Part shown: positions 21,697 through 31,586 of the stretch, piece by piece | Layout of the letters: every line of letters begins with the position of its first letter | How positions within the stretch are numbered: the stretch's first letter is position 1 | Source of the DNA: Andalucia godoyi And28 | Taxonomy: Eukaryota; Protista; Jakobida | Length of the DNA: 64,000 bases | Assembly (NCBI GenBank): GCA_009859145.1 | Contig: VRVR01000039.1 | Span: forward strand, 208,233 to 272,232 | Direction: 5' to 3' | Notes under the pieces: generated by a model | The model's database searches: none | What the model saw: the letters and a program-made list of their open reading frames with translations, nothing else | What the model was told of the DNA's origin: nothing | Position numbers and translations under genes: made by a program

Positions 21697-23544
21697 ATGA
21701 AGGCTACAGAATGCTTTGTGCAGACGCTTGAGCGACTTGGAGTACAGCGGATCTTTGGGGTGCCCGGAGAGGATGATCTTTTGCTGCTGGATGCGATCCG
21801 AGCGAGTTCGCAAATCGAGTATGTTGTCGCCCGGCATGAAAATGCGGCGGCGATCATGGCCTCGTGTGCAGGTCGGCTGACTGGACTGCCAGGGGTGGTG
21901 ATGACGACTGCTGGGCCAGGTGCCACGAACGCACTCAATGCGTGTGGCCAGGCATTGCAGTGCGGATTTCCAATGGTGATCATCACTGCGCAGAAGCCCG
22001 AGCGCTCCGAAAAATACCAGCTTGCTCAGATTCTTGATCTGAACGCTCTTTTCCGACCGGTGTGCAAGGACTCGTTGGCATGCCATGATGGTGAGATGCT
22101 ATGTCCAATGCTCATCCACGCGTTCCGACTCGCAGTTGCCCAGCGCCCAGGGCCTGTGCACATCGTCATTGCCGAAGACATCCAGGCGACAACCGCAGAC
22201 GAATCGGCGATGGAAAATATGTGGGATCGACTCGAAGGACGGCTCTCGTCAGACACGGCAAATGCTGCGTGCTGTCCAAGCTCGCATCCGATGTTTCAGA
22301 AGGCCGTGGACACGATCGCACACGCCTCTCGTCCGCTGGTTGTCGTGGCGCAAGGAGCACACGAGGGCTGTTTGGATGCCGAGTATGGAGACATGCTTTC
22401 GGATGCTCTTGCATCGCTGGTTCGGTCGCTCGGTCTGTTCTTCATTTCGACTCCTATGGGAAAGGGCTCGATTAATGAGAAGTCTCCGCGCTGGCTGGGG
22501 TCAAGTGTGTATGAAACCGGCGATGTCATGCATCTCGCACTCCAGCAAGCCGACGTCATTATTGTCATTGGGCTCTCGCCTTATGAAAGGCCGCTGTTTC
22601 GGACAGACACGGCCGTCCTCGCTCACTTGAAGGTCGTCCACGTTACAGCGTGTGCGATGCCGATCATGTCGATGTTCTGTCCTCACGTCGAAATTGTGGG
22701 GAACTTGTCGTTGACGGTCGCAGCATTGACGCGAGACGTTTTGGCCAAAGTGAAACGACCCAACAATGCGGAGGCTGGATTGTTCCCCGAGCTGGCGACG
22801 TTCCACAAGTTCAAAGACGCTCTGGAGTCACCATTCCATGCGTTGGGAATTCATGATCGACTGTCAACTGCAGCATCCGTGTCGTTGTCCGAGCCAAGGC
22901 CCGGAGGCGCGGCACGCTTGCTTGGTGTTCAGGAGTTCACGCTTGCGGTTCACGAGGTAGCTCCGTTGTTTGACCCGATTGTCATTCTGGATGAAGGCCA
23001 ATACAAGTCCTGGATGGTTCGAAATTACGCGGCTACAGATGCGCGCTCGTTTCTTGTGGACCATGCTTATTCCACGATGGCATGGGGTCTCCCGGCCGCG
23101 ATCTCCTGCTCGCTTTTGTACCCGCATCGAAAAATCATATTGGTCGTCGGCGACGGCGGCCTTCAAATGTCGCTGTCGGAAGTCGAGACTGCCGTTCGAA
23201 CGAAATGCAATCTCAGCGTACTCCTCCTGAAGGATAATGAATTTGGCGAAATCGCAACGAAGCAGACGGAGGTGTATCACGTCGAGCGTTTTGGGGTCCG
23301 TTTCGGAAATCCAGACTTTGCAAAACTTGTGGATGCGTTCGTGTATGTCGGAGCTCAAGTCCGGACCTTCCGGCTGCCGAGAAATGAAGCGAGTACGAGT
23401 GCGACCCTCAAAGAAGCCATACGCTCTTCCTGCGACCACGTCGGCTTTTCGCTCCTCGAGATCCCAATATCGTATGAAGAAGGCAACGCCGTTCTGTTCG
23501 GGAGCTCCATTCTTCATGATCTGAAGCTCAAACTCGCCATTTGA
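21697..23544 (+). CDS. Acetolactate synthase large-subunit-like TPP-dependent enzyme
   Basis: ATG 21697 (MKATECFV). IFGVPGE, RHENAAAIMA, TAGPGATN and the GDGG..N TPP-binding motif. The longer ORF from 21301 is upstream read-through across repeats. Confidence 0.88.
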   Translation: MKATECFVQTLERLGVQRIFGVPGEDDLLLLDAIRASSQIEYVVARHENAAAIMASCAGRLTGLPGVVMTTAGPGATNALNACGQALQCGFPMVIITAQKPERSEKYQLAQILDLNALFRPVCKDSLACHDGEMLCPMLIHAFRLAVAQRPGPVHIVIAEDIQATTADESAMENMWDRLEGRLSSDTANAACCPSSHPMFQKAVDTIAHASRPLVVVAQGAHEGCLDAEYGDMLSDALASLVRSLGLFFISTPMGKGSINEKSPRWLGSSVYETGDVMHLALQQADVIIVIGLSPYERPLFRTDTAVLAHLKVVHVTACAMPIMSMFCPHVEIVGNLSLTVAALTRDVLAKVKRPNNAEAGLFPELATFHKFKDALESPFHALGIHDRLSTAASVSLSEPRPGGAARLLGVQEFTLAVHEVAPLFDPIVILDEGQYKSWMVRNYAATDARSFLVDHAYSTMAWGLPAAISCSLLYPHRKIILVVGDGGLQMSLSEVETAVRTKCNLSVLLLKDNEFGEIATKQTEVYHVERFGVRFGNPDFAKLVDAFVYVGAQVRTFRLPRNEASTSATLKEAIRSSCDHVGFSLLEIPISYEEGNAVLFGSSILHDLKLKLAI

Positions 23545-23858
23545 TCCCCGTCCGTCAAAATGTGCAGACGAACAGGGGACGCGCCCTGCCGAGAACGCCA
23601 AACAGTATGTATACATTAAAGCTGAGAAACAGCGCATGCCCAATGAGACACTATCAAATTGTAAAGGTCACTTTACGCAGAAAAATCTGTCTGAGGCGCA
23701 GCAGGCGAGCCAAATTTTTGGGAGAGGTTTTGGGTTGGAGAGTAAAAAAAAAATTACTTACATTTCGATCAAAAAGAAAAAGAAAAAGAAAAAAAAAAGG
23801 AAAGAGGAGAGAGCGACACAAGCATGCCGACCAAGGCGCAGAGGAAAAAACAGGACAC

Positions 23859-26804
23859 TCAGTTTAAGAATCCTGTGAACAGCTTGCCATACAACGCATC
23901 GTCCTCCATCTTTCCGGAACCTCCCCACGGCGAGGAAGAACCGTTTCCGCTGCCCGAGGTGTTCGGACCGGTACGATTTCGCATACGCGGACCATCCATT
24001 GTGTTGGGAGACGTGAGAGAGAAGTCTTCCGCGGAAGCTTGGAAAGGAGGAGACTGCAAAATAGACACTCGCCTTCCACCGAGGCGCTTGCCACCTCCAA
24101 GAATCGGAGTAGTAGGCTCATCTGTTTTTTGCCCATCGCCTGATTTGAGCGCACCATCCTTTCCTAGATCTCCCTTTTCGCCTTGATCATCATCGTCGAC
24201 ATTCGCATCCCCAGAATGGGCGTCAAGGGGAGGTGGCGCGAGTTTGAACGCATTTTCCATCGTAGCAATCAGCGCTTTCATTTCTGCATCGTCGTTCGGG
24301 ATAGGTTTCCCCAGGAGTCTGTACACACCATGCTTTCCTTTAAGCTTCAAAAGACCCAAGAACGGAATCACCCACGACACAATCACCAAGATGTAAGACA
24401 GTGTCCAAATGGCATACTCTTTGAAACGCCACCGAAGTCGCTCTGCAAGATCCACGGCATCTCTTTCGACTCTCTTCAGGCCGGATTCCGTGCGGTCCAA
24501 CCTCTCTTCCGTTTTCTTGCGCAGCTGCTCAAATTGGTGTGCCTGTCGCGTCCACCAAGGAAAAACGGATGGATCGCGGAGCGAGGAATCAATGTGCGAG
24601 ATGGACAGTTCCAGATCCATCACCCGGTTCTCCAGTTTCATGATTTCCTCGGACATGCGGGATGTGATTTGCTCGGCACGATTGTTGAACGATCTTTCCA
24701 CCTCCTCGACTTTGCGTGCCACCAGCGCTGCGGCTGTCGCGGAAATGACTGCTTCTCGCGCGATGGTCTCCGCCTTGTTCTTTTCCACTGCCTTGTCAAC
24801 CGCAGACTGGATCATCGACTCTACTTCCTCCTTCTTCACGTAGACGGGGAGAATCGCCGCAGCAGTCGGAGTTGAGAACTGCGCATCGCGCTCGCTTCCA
24901 GACGCTCCCGGCGAACTCTTATCCACAACAAGCTGTTTGAGAACGTCCGAAAAATTTGTTCGGAAATCCGGAGACGACAGCGCCTCCCCGGTCGCGGGAG
25001 TAGAACTGGAGAAACTTGCCGTATTCGTCCGACTGACAGGAGGATTTCCAACGCTCATTGGCCGTTGCACGAACGTGGTGGGAGCAAGCAACGACGTTCC
25101 AATGGACGACGGTGTGTAGCTCAACGGTCGCTGTCGACCGGCGGACTCGTTAGTTGGAGATCCTACATTGCTGCTTGCAGCTGAAGACGGCGCCGTTGAC
25201 GCAGCCGAAGTTGTATTTGCGGCGGTGGCGGTGGTGGTGGTGTTAAAAATGGCAGGATTGCTGGTGGCACTAGTCACAGACAGCGCGGGTGGAGCGTTCG
25301 ACAGATTGCTGGAGGACGGGGAAAAGGAGATTGCATTTTCAGCAGGCCGGACGGACACCCGAAGTTGCAACGACCCGAAATCGCCAGACGCCGAATTTCC
25401 GATCGCCGGGTCGTATTCGATCGGGATCCAGCCCTGCCACTGCCCAGCACCGGTCAGTTGCAACAAATCAAAGAGGTTAATTTTTGCACAGCCCATCCAG
25501 CGATCCGCACCAATCACGTCTGCATCGTACAGATCGACGATTAGAATCCGTGGGACCGACGAATCCGCAGATCCCACCAATGCGTACTGGAACGATTCTT
25601 GAAAGACCGGGTGCAGGGTTTTGTACGCAGTCCTTGTTCGACAACACTGTCCGCTCAGCATGCAGAAGCAAAACGTGTCTGACGTGCCTCCACGATCCAT
25701 GGCAAGTACGCCGGCAGCTTCTATGATGTCCACTGTAACAATTGCAAAGAGCTCACTGGACGAGATGTTTTGATTCCACAACTCTTGCTGCTTGGAAACC
25801 AGTCTCACTTCAATCTTCTTCCTCTCCGATACTTCATTCGCAATGTTCGATGCAGGACCCTTCATTCGATATGCTTTCAACGAGCTCCTTGCTGTCGGAG
25901 CCAGTGCGGCGTGGTTCAGCGAACCGAGCAACGACGTCGACTTGCTGATCCCCATACCGGCATCCGCGCCACCGGACGATGCAGTCGATGTCGACGATGT
26001 GAACGGATGCGCGGACAAGCCATTCACGTTGGTCGACGACGGATTGGGAGCACGATTGGAAGCAGAGGAATGGGCACTGGGCGTCTGACTCGGCGACAGA
26101 TTTGTCGTCACAGGCTTGTTCCTCTCCGTCGAGCCGGATGAACCGTTCATCGCACTCGAGCTTGCGCCATACTGCATTCTTACAGACTGAGACTGCCGCA
26201 AAAAGCTCGACGATTTTGCCCGTAGATCATCTTCCGACTGCCGCGAAGCAGGAATGAACGGGTTGGACCCAACGCTCGATCCACTCCGAACATCCGGCTC
26301 GTCATGGATGATCACCGACTGTGTGTCCAATGAGTCCGAAAGTTCGTCAGGCTCATTCACGTCAGACGCACCCGGAAACGAGACTGTGTGTCCAATCTCG
26401 GGTGGATTCGACGCCTTGACCGACCGTTTTCTCCTCTCATAGTATGACCGCGTAAGATCCTTTCCTTGCAAAACCTGCCTTGTCCGATCGCGCGTGCCAA
26501 TCTCTGCATACTTGCGCATCATTTCCGCCTTGAAATCATCCGCCTTCTGCTTCGTCACATTCGAGACATATGTGGACGACTCTCCACCCTGTCCATTCCC
26601 AATCGTTACTGACGACGCGGGCCCATTCGGCGCACCCAAGCTGCCAGAAGAAGCAGACGCCGAGGATAGCGAGGAAGAGGACGTCTGTGGCTGTGCAGTC
26701 GAGGGCGCTGTGACGGTGCCGAGGTTCTGAAGCTGGCTCAGAAGCGCAGACGACAACGACGAGTCGGTCTGGGGTGGATTGACACGGCCCGATGCATGAG
26801 ACAT
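23859..26804 (-). CDS. C2-domain protein with Ser-rich linkers, coiled coil and C-terminal transmembrane helix
   Basis: ATG 26804. VTVDIIEAAGVLAMDRGGTSDTFC..KTLHPVFQESF..DLYDADVIGADRWMG is a Ca-type C2 domain. Hydrophobic IWTLSYILVIVSWVIPFLGLL near the C-terminus. Confidence 0.8.
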   Translation of the reverse strand: MSHASGRVNPPQTDSSLSSALLSQLQNLGTVTAPSTAQPQTSSSSLSSASASSGSLGAPNGPASSVTIGNGQGGESSTYVSNVTKQKADDFKAEMMRKYAEIGTRDRTRQVLQGKDLTRSYYERRKRSVKASNPPEIGHTVSFPGASDVNEPDELSDSLDTQSVIIHDEPDVRSGSSVGSNPFIPASRQSEDDLRAKSSSFLRQSQSVRMQYGASSSAMNGSSGSTERNKPVTTNLSPSQTPSAHSSASNRAPNPSSTNVNGLSAHPFTSSTSTASSGGADAGMGISKSTSLLGSLNHAALAPTARSSLKAYRMKGPASNIANEVSERKKIEVRLVSKQQELWNQNISSSELFAIVTVDIIEAAGVLAMDRGGTSDTFCFCMLSGQCCRTRTAYKTLHPVFQESFQYALVGSADSSVPRILIVDLYDADVIGADRWMGCAKINLFDLLQLTGAGQWQGWIPIEYDPAIGNSASGDFGSLQLRVSVRPAENAISFSPSSSNLSNAPPALSVTSATSNPAIFNTTTTATAANTTSAASTAPSSAASSNVGSPTNESAGRQRPLSYTPSSIGTSLLAPTTFVQRPMSVGNPPVSRTNTASFSSSTPATGEALSSPDFRTNFSDVLKQLVVDKSSPGASGSERDAQFSTPTAAAILPVYVKKEEVESMIQSAVDKAVEKNKAETIAREAVISATAAALVARKVEEVERSFNNRAEQITSRMSEEIMKLENRVMDLELSISHIDSSLRDPSVFPWWTRQAHQFEQLRKKTEERLDRTESGLKRVERDAVDLAERLRWRFKEYAIWTLSYILVIVSWVIPFLGLLKLKGKHGVYRLLGKPIPNDDAEMKALIATMENAFKLAPPPLDAHSGDANVDDDDQGEKGDLGKDGALKSGDGQKTDEPTTPILGGGKRLGGRRVSILQSPPFQASAEDFSLTSPNTMDGPRMRNRTGPNTSGSGNGSSSPWGGSGKMEDDALYGKLFTGFLN

Positions 26805-27612
26805 GTTTCTCCTCGTCCACACCAACGACGTTCTCAATAACGCACGCGCAAGGAGAAAGAAGGGACGGCGCAAACAAACAAAACAAAACAAAAACAAAAT
26901 AAAGCAAACAAACTATGATACTGAAAATACTGTTATGATTTCATATATTACAGTCAGAGAAGCATATCAAAGAAACCACGGATTAAATACAAATGCAAAA
27001 GACGAGACGTGATGATTGAGGGTTGAGAGAAGGGGGGTTGCGCAGGTGGGGTGCTTCTTTTTGTTTACGACAGGCAGAGTCAGGCATGGTTGGTTGAGAC
27101 GAGCTGAGGGCTTGAGACTTCAGTGTTTTTTTTTTGTTCCCATCCGAAAAAGGATACGGAGCGGAGGGGGAAAGGCCGAGAGAGCACGAGAAAGTCCGCG
27201 ATTCACCCGCCAAGGTCAAATTGGAAACTGCAAAGTGAAAACAGCGCCCAAGGGTCCTGCTGCTGCGCAATATTTTAATACCCAAGAGCGTGCTTCAACA
27301 GTCAAGAGCCACGCAGGGTGTGAACGTCTAGTGCATTTCGACTCTGGTTTTTTTGTTCCTGTGCGTTGTTGCTGTGCGCACCACCGCCGTTCACCAGCAA
27401 ATATATATATGATGCGTCCTCCTCACGTTTCTCATCGTTTCGTTTGGCTCGTTGCTTGTGACATCATTTTTTCAAATACATATTTCTTAAAACTTTAACT
27501 TTCGAGCACGAGCAGGGCACCTCAGCAAGGTAACATTAGTCATTTTTTATTTATTTATTTAATTTAATCATTTTGCCTTTGCTTTTGCTTTCTGTGACAG
27601 AGATTAAAGGCA

Positions 27613-28800
27613 ATGAAAATCTGGTGCATCGGCATGTTGGCTGTCGTGTTGGCCATCAGCTTTGGAGCCCGCGTTGCAGAGACGGGCAGTAGTGCGTACG
27701 TATTTGACATCGACATCGACTATATCCCAGCGCCGATTGTGGTTGGTGCAAAGACGCGGATCATCGTACTCGTAAGAGATTTCAATTCGACAACATTCAA
27801 TGTTCCTTCCAGTCGCTTCATGAAGTCATTCGGCGGCCACATGCTGCATCTCTTCATCATATCCTCGGGTCTGGATCAGATGATCCATGCAACGCCGGAG
27901 GATATTGAAGGGTACAATCCAGGGGATACTCCCGGAAAGTTCTTTGTGGATGTTGTGTTCCCTGCACCGGGAGAATATACCGGGATTGCAAGAGGCATAC
28001 TGTATGATGAAAAGGGCCGTCGAGTGCGATTCCAGCGGTCTTTTCCGCTGCGAGTCCCCGATCCTCAAACGGGCCTGGTTCCGTACAGCTCGCTGTCGAG
28101 GCTCTTTGACGAGTCGGAGCTTGCTCAGTCGGTTTCTGTGGCCTCCTATCCTCTCCTGCCTGGAGCAACCAGCACCGGAGGCGTGATGTGGTACAATGCG
28201 TCGATCGATAAGAACGGAACCGCCCTGGATCCGAATTCTCCACTGACGGCAAACTACTCGTTCACGCTGCCGCCGTCCCACACTTACATCAACAACGAGT
28301 ACTGCTATGACGTGGAGTTCTCCTTTGCGGACCGTCAGACTGGGGCGCCATACACGGGTCTTACAAGCAGGTTTCTCGAAACTCCGGTGCATCTCGTCAT
28401 GGTCCATCAGTCTGCCACTGCACTGATGGTCACCTACGGAGACTTTGCAAAGAACTGCGCTGATGAGTACTGTGAAGCCGTCTGCGAAAGGAACCATCTC
28501 AATATTTTTGAAGCTCCTGCATTGTATGGCCGTTCGCTGAACGGTTCGTTCTGGACACAGGCACAAGATCCCCGAGCAGGAACGCCCGGCGCCGTTCATG
28601 CTGCTCTCTCATTCCAGTTCAATGGCATCTGGAGAGTCTTTGCGATTTCAGCTTCGGAAACCGACGTCCTCGTCGCTTCTTGGGCGATCCGCATCGGTCC
28701 TGCTCCCAATTTAGTTCCATCTCCAAGCTTTGCGCTTCCTGCCAAGCAATCAGGTGCCGTCGCCGTTCTCGTTGCGCTCATCGCCATGCTTCTCCTCTGA
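27613..28800 (+). CDS. Secreted, probably GPI-anchored surface protein with duplicated His-containing module
   Basis: N-terminal signal peptide, many NxS/T sequons, hydrophobic C-terminal tail. Two segments: HMLHLFIISSGLDQMIHATP and PVHLVMVHQSATALMVTYG. Confidence 0.75.
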   Translation: MKIWCIGMLAVVLAISFGARVAETGSSAYVFDIDIDYIPAPIVVGAKTRIIVLVRDFNSTTFNVPSSRFMKSFGGHMLHLFIISSGLDQMIHATPEDIEGYNPGDTPGKFFVDVVFPAPGEYTGIARGILYDEKGRRVRFQRSFPLRVPDPQTGLVPYSSLSRLFDESELAQSVSVASYPLLPGATSTGGVMWYNASIDKNGTALDPNSPLTANYSFTLPPSHTYINNEYCYDVEFSFADRQTGAPYTGLTSRFLETPVHLVMVHQSATALMVTYGDFAKNCADEYCEAVCERNHLNIFEAPALYGRSLNGSFWTQAQDPRAGTPGAVHAALSFQFNGIWRVFAISASETDVLVASWAIRIGPAPNLVPSPSFALPAKQSGAVAVLVALIAMLLL

Positions 28801-29177
28801 TGAAAACATTCTACCCCTCCCCACGCCTTTCCCCCGTTTTTCCATTTTCACTTTCACATAGTCGTCTTCTTCTTATCACATTTATTTTTTCTTAATTAAT
28901 TTTTTAAAATTTTTTTACTGTAACATGTCTTCCTTTTTTCTCGTGACTGCCTGTCGTAAACAAAAGCACTCTTTTTTTTCGCGTTTACTTTCCTTGCGAG
29001 TTAGCGTCCTAATGGCTTTTTGGCTTTCTTGGCTTTCTCTGTCTCTCTGTCTCTCTCTGCGTGTCTATTCTTTTCTTTCTTTTCTTCTCTCTTTCTGTTT
29101 CTTGTATTGTGATGTGTGATTATTCCCACTGCAACCACTCTCACTCTTCTCAACCTCATCTGATCCGCGAAGAAGTC

Positions 29178-30035
29178 ATGGCGACGTTTTATGGAATTGT
29201 GGTCAACAAGGGAAAGCAGTACAAGATCGAGGCACCCGAAGGGACTGTTTTGCGAATCACGCAGGCTGCTCTTGACACCTCTGATTTGAGCGTCAAGGCA
29301 GGCACTCGATGCACGCTGACGGTTACGATTGATGAGCGCAAACTTGTTTTGCTGACGCTGGTCGCTGGAAACACCGAGCAGACACACCTCGATCTTCCGT
29401 TTATCCATGGCCAGGAGGCATTTTTCGCGGTTTCGAACGGATCGGTCCATCTTTCGGGAACCATCGAAGCAGACGTTGAAGACGAAGACGATGAGAATAT
29501 GTTTGGCGAGTTCGATGATGAGGAAATCGACTCGGAGGACGAGGAGGTCGAGTCGGAAGAAGACGAGCACGAGCAGAAGCTGTCGCAGAAGAACAAGGCC
29601 ATCTTGAAGAAGATTGCCGCAGAAGCACACGCTGCAAATGGACAGGACGATGAAGATGACGAGGACGATGAAGACTTTGATGACGAAGAGGACGTCGACG
29701 AGGAAGAGGAAGAGGACGATGAGGAGGAAGAAGAGGTTGCTCGTCCGGCAAAGAAGGCAAAGGTTGATCAGCAGAAGCCGAAGCCGCAGCAGCAACAGCA
29801 GCAAGGCAATAAGCAGCAGCAGCAGCAGAAGGAGAAGGACAACAAGGGTCCCAACGACAAGCAGAAGGGTCATAACGACAAGCAGAAGGGTCACAACGAC
29901 AACAAGAACAAGCAGCAGCAGCAAGGCAACAATAAGCAGCAGCAACAGCATCAGCAGAAGGGTAACCAGCAAAAGAGCCCTCAGCAGCAGCAGCAGCACA
30001 ACCACCAAAACAAGAAGAACAAGAACAAGCATTAA
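29178..30035 (+). CDS. Nucleoplasmin-like (NPL, FKBP39/HD-tuin type) histone chaperone
   Basis: MATFYGIVV..LRITQAAL..LVLLTLVAG..EQTHLDL..NGSVHLSG, followed by an acidic tract and a K/Q-rich tail. Confidence 0.88.
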   Translation: MATFYGIVVNKGKQYKIEAPEGTVLRITQAALDTSDLSVKAGTRCTLTVTIDERKLVLLTLVAGNTEQTHLDLPFIHGQEAFFAVSNGSVHLSGTIEADVEDEDDENMFGEFDDEEIDSEDEEVESEEDEHEQKLSQKNKAILKKIAAEAHAANGQDDEDDEDDEDFDDEEDVDEEEEEDDEEEEEVARPAKKAKVDQQKPKPQQQQQQGNKQQQQQKEKDNKGPNDKQKGHNDKQKGHNDNKNKQQQQGNNKQQQQHQQKGNQQKSPQQQQQHNHQNKKNKNKH

Positions 30036-30201
30036 GTGGCATTCCCATTTTTAATAGCTCGGTTTTTTTTTTTTGGAGGTTTATCATTGGTATAAAAAAA
30101 AATCAAGTTTCAACTGTGACGCTTTCGCTCGCGCGCGCTCTCTCTCTCTTCCTCTCTCTCTCCCCAGCCCACTTTGTTGTGTGGGAAGTTACTGACGTTA
30201 C

Positions 30202-31026
30202 TTAGAGAGCAATGTCAGACATCATCTGGGGGACCACGGTCTGGCCTGGAGGGATTCCAGCTGTGAACTTCTTCTTTGCTCCGTCGAAAAACTTTGGTTG
30301 CGCAAAGACCTGTGTCCGGAACACACGAGGAATGCTGGCGAGGAAGTCAAGGACGTCATCGCAGGACTTACCGTCACACGAAACGGCCACCGACGTTTCC
30401 GACTGGCAAACGACGCAGGCTTCAACGTTTTTTTGCTTGTACAACAGCCGCGCAATTTCCACACAGCACTGGGGGCCGGACCGCTCGTGACGATGTCGAC
30501 ACAAGTGCGCCACGATCGTGACCTCTTCAAGATCATGCTTCTTTGAGTGGTAGTTTGCTGGTTTCTTGGACTGGCGATCAAGAAGGCCAACCCACGAATA
30601 CTGCATGGGGTTGCGCGCTAGACGCTTGGCTTTCTTGTAGGAACAATAAACAAGGAAGATGCCCTCTGCAACTTGCTCAATGTGCCCCGAGCGAGTTGCA
30701 ATCTTGATGTCGTTCATCTGGGTTGTGGCCGACGCGTGGGTGTCCGCCGACACGACTACAAACGGAAAGCGATACTTTAGGATGCCTGCAGCGGTTGTCT
30801 GAAGCCTCTTGGTGTTCTTCGGATCAAACTCCTTTCTCGCAGCTTGCAAGAACGCCTCTCTGCCCCGGCTGAGCCCAAGGCTATCTTTGACATCAATCCG
30901 ACAACCGCTGTGTTCCAGAGAAACGATAACCGTCTCGCTGCTTGCGCCCGCATGATCTGCACCATCCGGATGTGACTTGTTTGAATTCCATGAAGAAACA
31001 GACGAAGAACGACTCTGGTCCGCCAT
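30202..31026 (-). CDS. Hypothetical protein
   Basis: 274-aa ATG ORF with protein-like composition, bounded by AT-rich spacers. No family recognised. Confidence 0.65.
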   Translation of the reverse strand: MADQSRSSSVSSWNSNKSHPDGADHAGASSETVIVSLEHSGCRIDVKDSLGLSRGREAFLQAARKEFDPKNTKRLQTTAAGILKYRFPFVVVSADTHASATTQMNDIKIATRSGHIEQVAEGIFLVYCSYKKAKRLARNPMQYSWVGLLDRQSKKPANYHSKKHDLEEVTIVAHLCRHRHERSGPQCCVEIARLLYKQKNVEACVVCQSETSVAVSCDGKSCDDVLDFLASIPRVFRTQVFAQPKFFDGAKKKFTAGIPPGQTVVPQMMSDIAL

Positions 31027-31586
31027 TTGAAAAGAAAGACAAACAGTCGCGCGCTTTCCTCTCCCGTCTCAGCGTGCGAACTAAAGCGACAGAAAACAAA
31101 AAACAAAAAAACAAAATTATATAAAAATAAAGCACAATACAACACGCTGGCTGCGAATAACACTTTTTGCAAGGCACGCGCACAACTCCCACAGAATGGA
31201 GAATACCAGTGATCTTTGGAGGAAAACAAAATAATAATATACAGTTACGTACAGAAAAGACAACTTGCATAGAATCGACTATCCAGCTCGTTGGAATTGC
31301 ATTGTGTAACGAATTCGGAAACCCACTTCTCTGGGCTTGTTCTTCTTTTCGACAAGCGTTCTATTATACTTCCAGTACTGTTCTTCTCCAGGAAGCAAGA
31401 GAAGAACAAAAGACACCGGAAGAAACAATGTTGCCGCCTCCTTTCTCTCCCCTTCCCCTCCCTCACACAACCAGTTCTGCAGAACTTGACCCTACTGCTC
31501 ATACGCGCATGTCACGTACATAAACACGGACAGTCGGAAGAGAGAGGAGGGGGACGGGGGGGGGGGGGACCGGCCCTAGTCGGTCA

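Noticed and set aside
29001-30032. 343-aa Leu/Val-rich minus-strand ORF that looks like a membrane protein
   Set aside because: It is the antisense shadow of the Q/K/E-rich nucleoplasmin-like gene.
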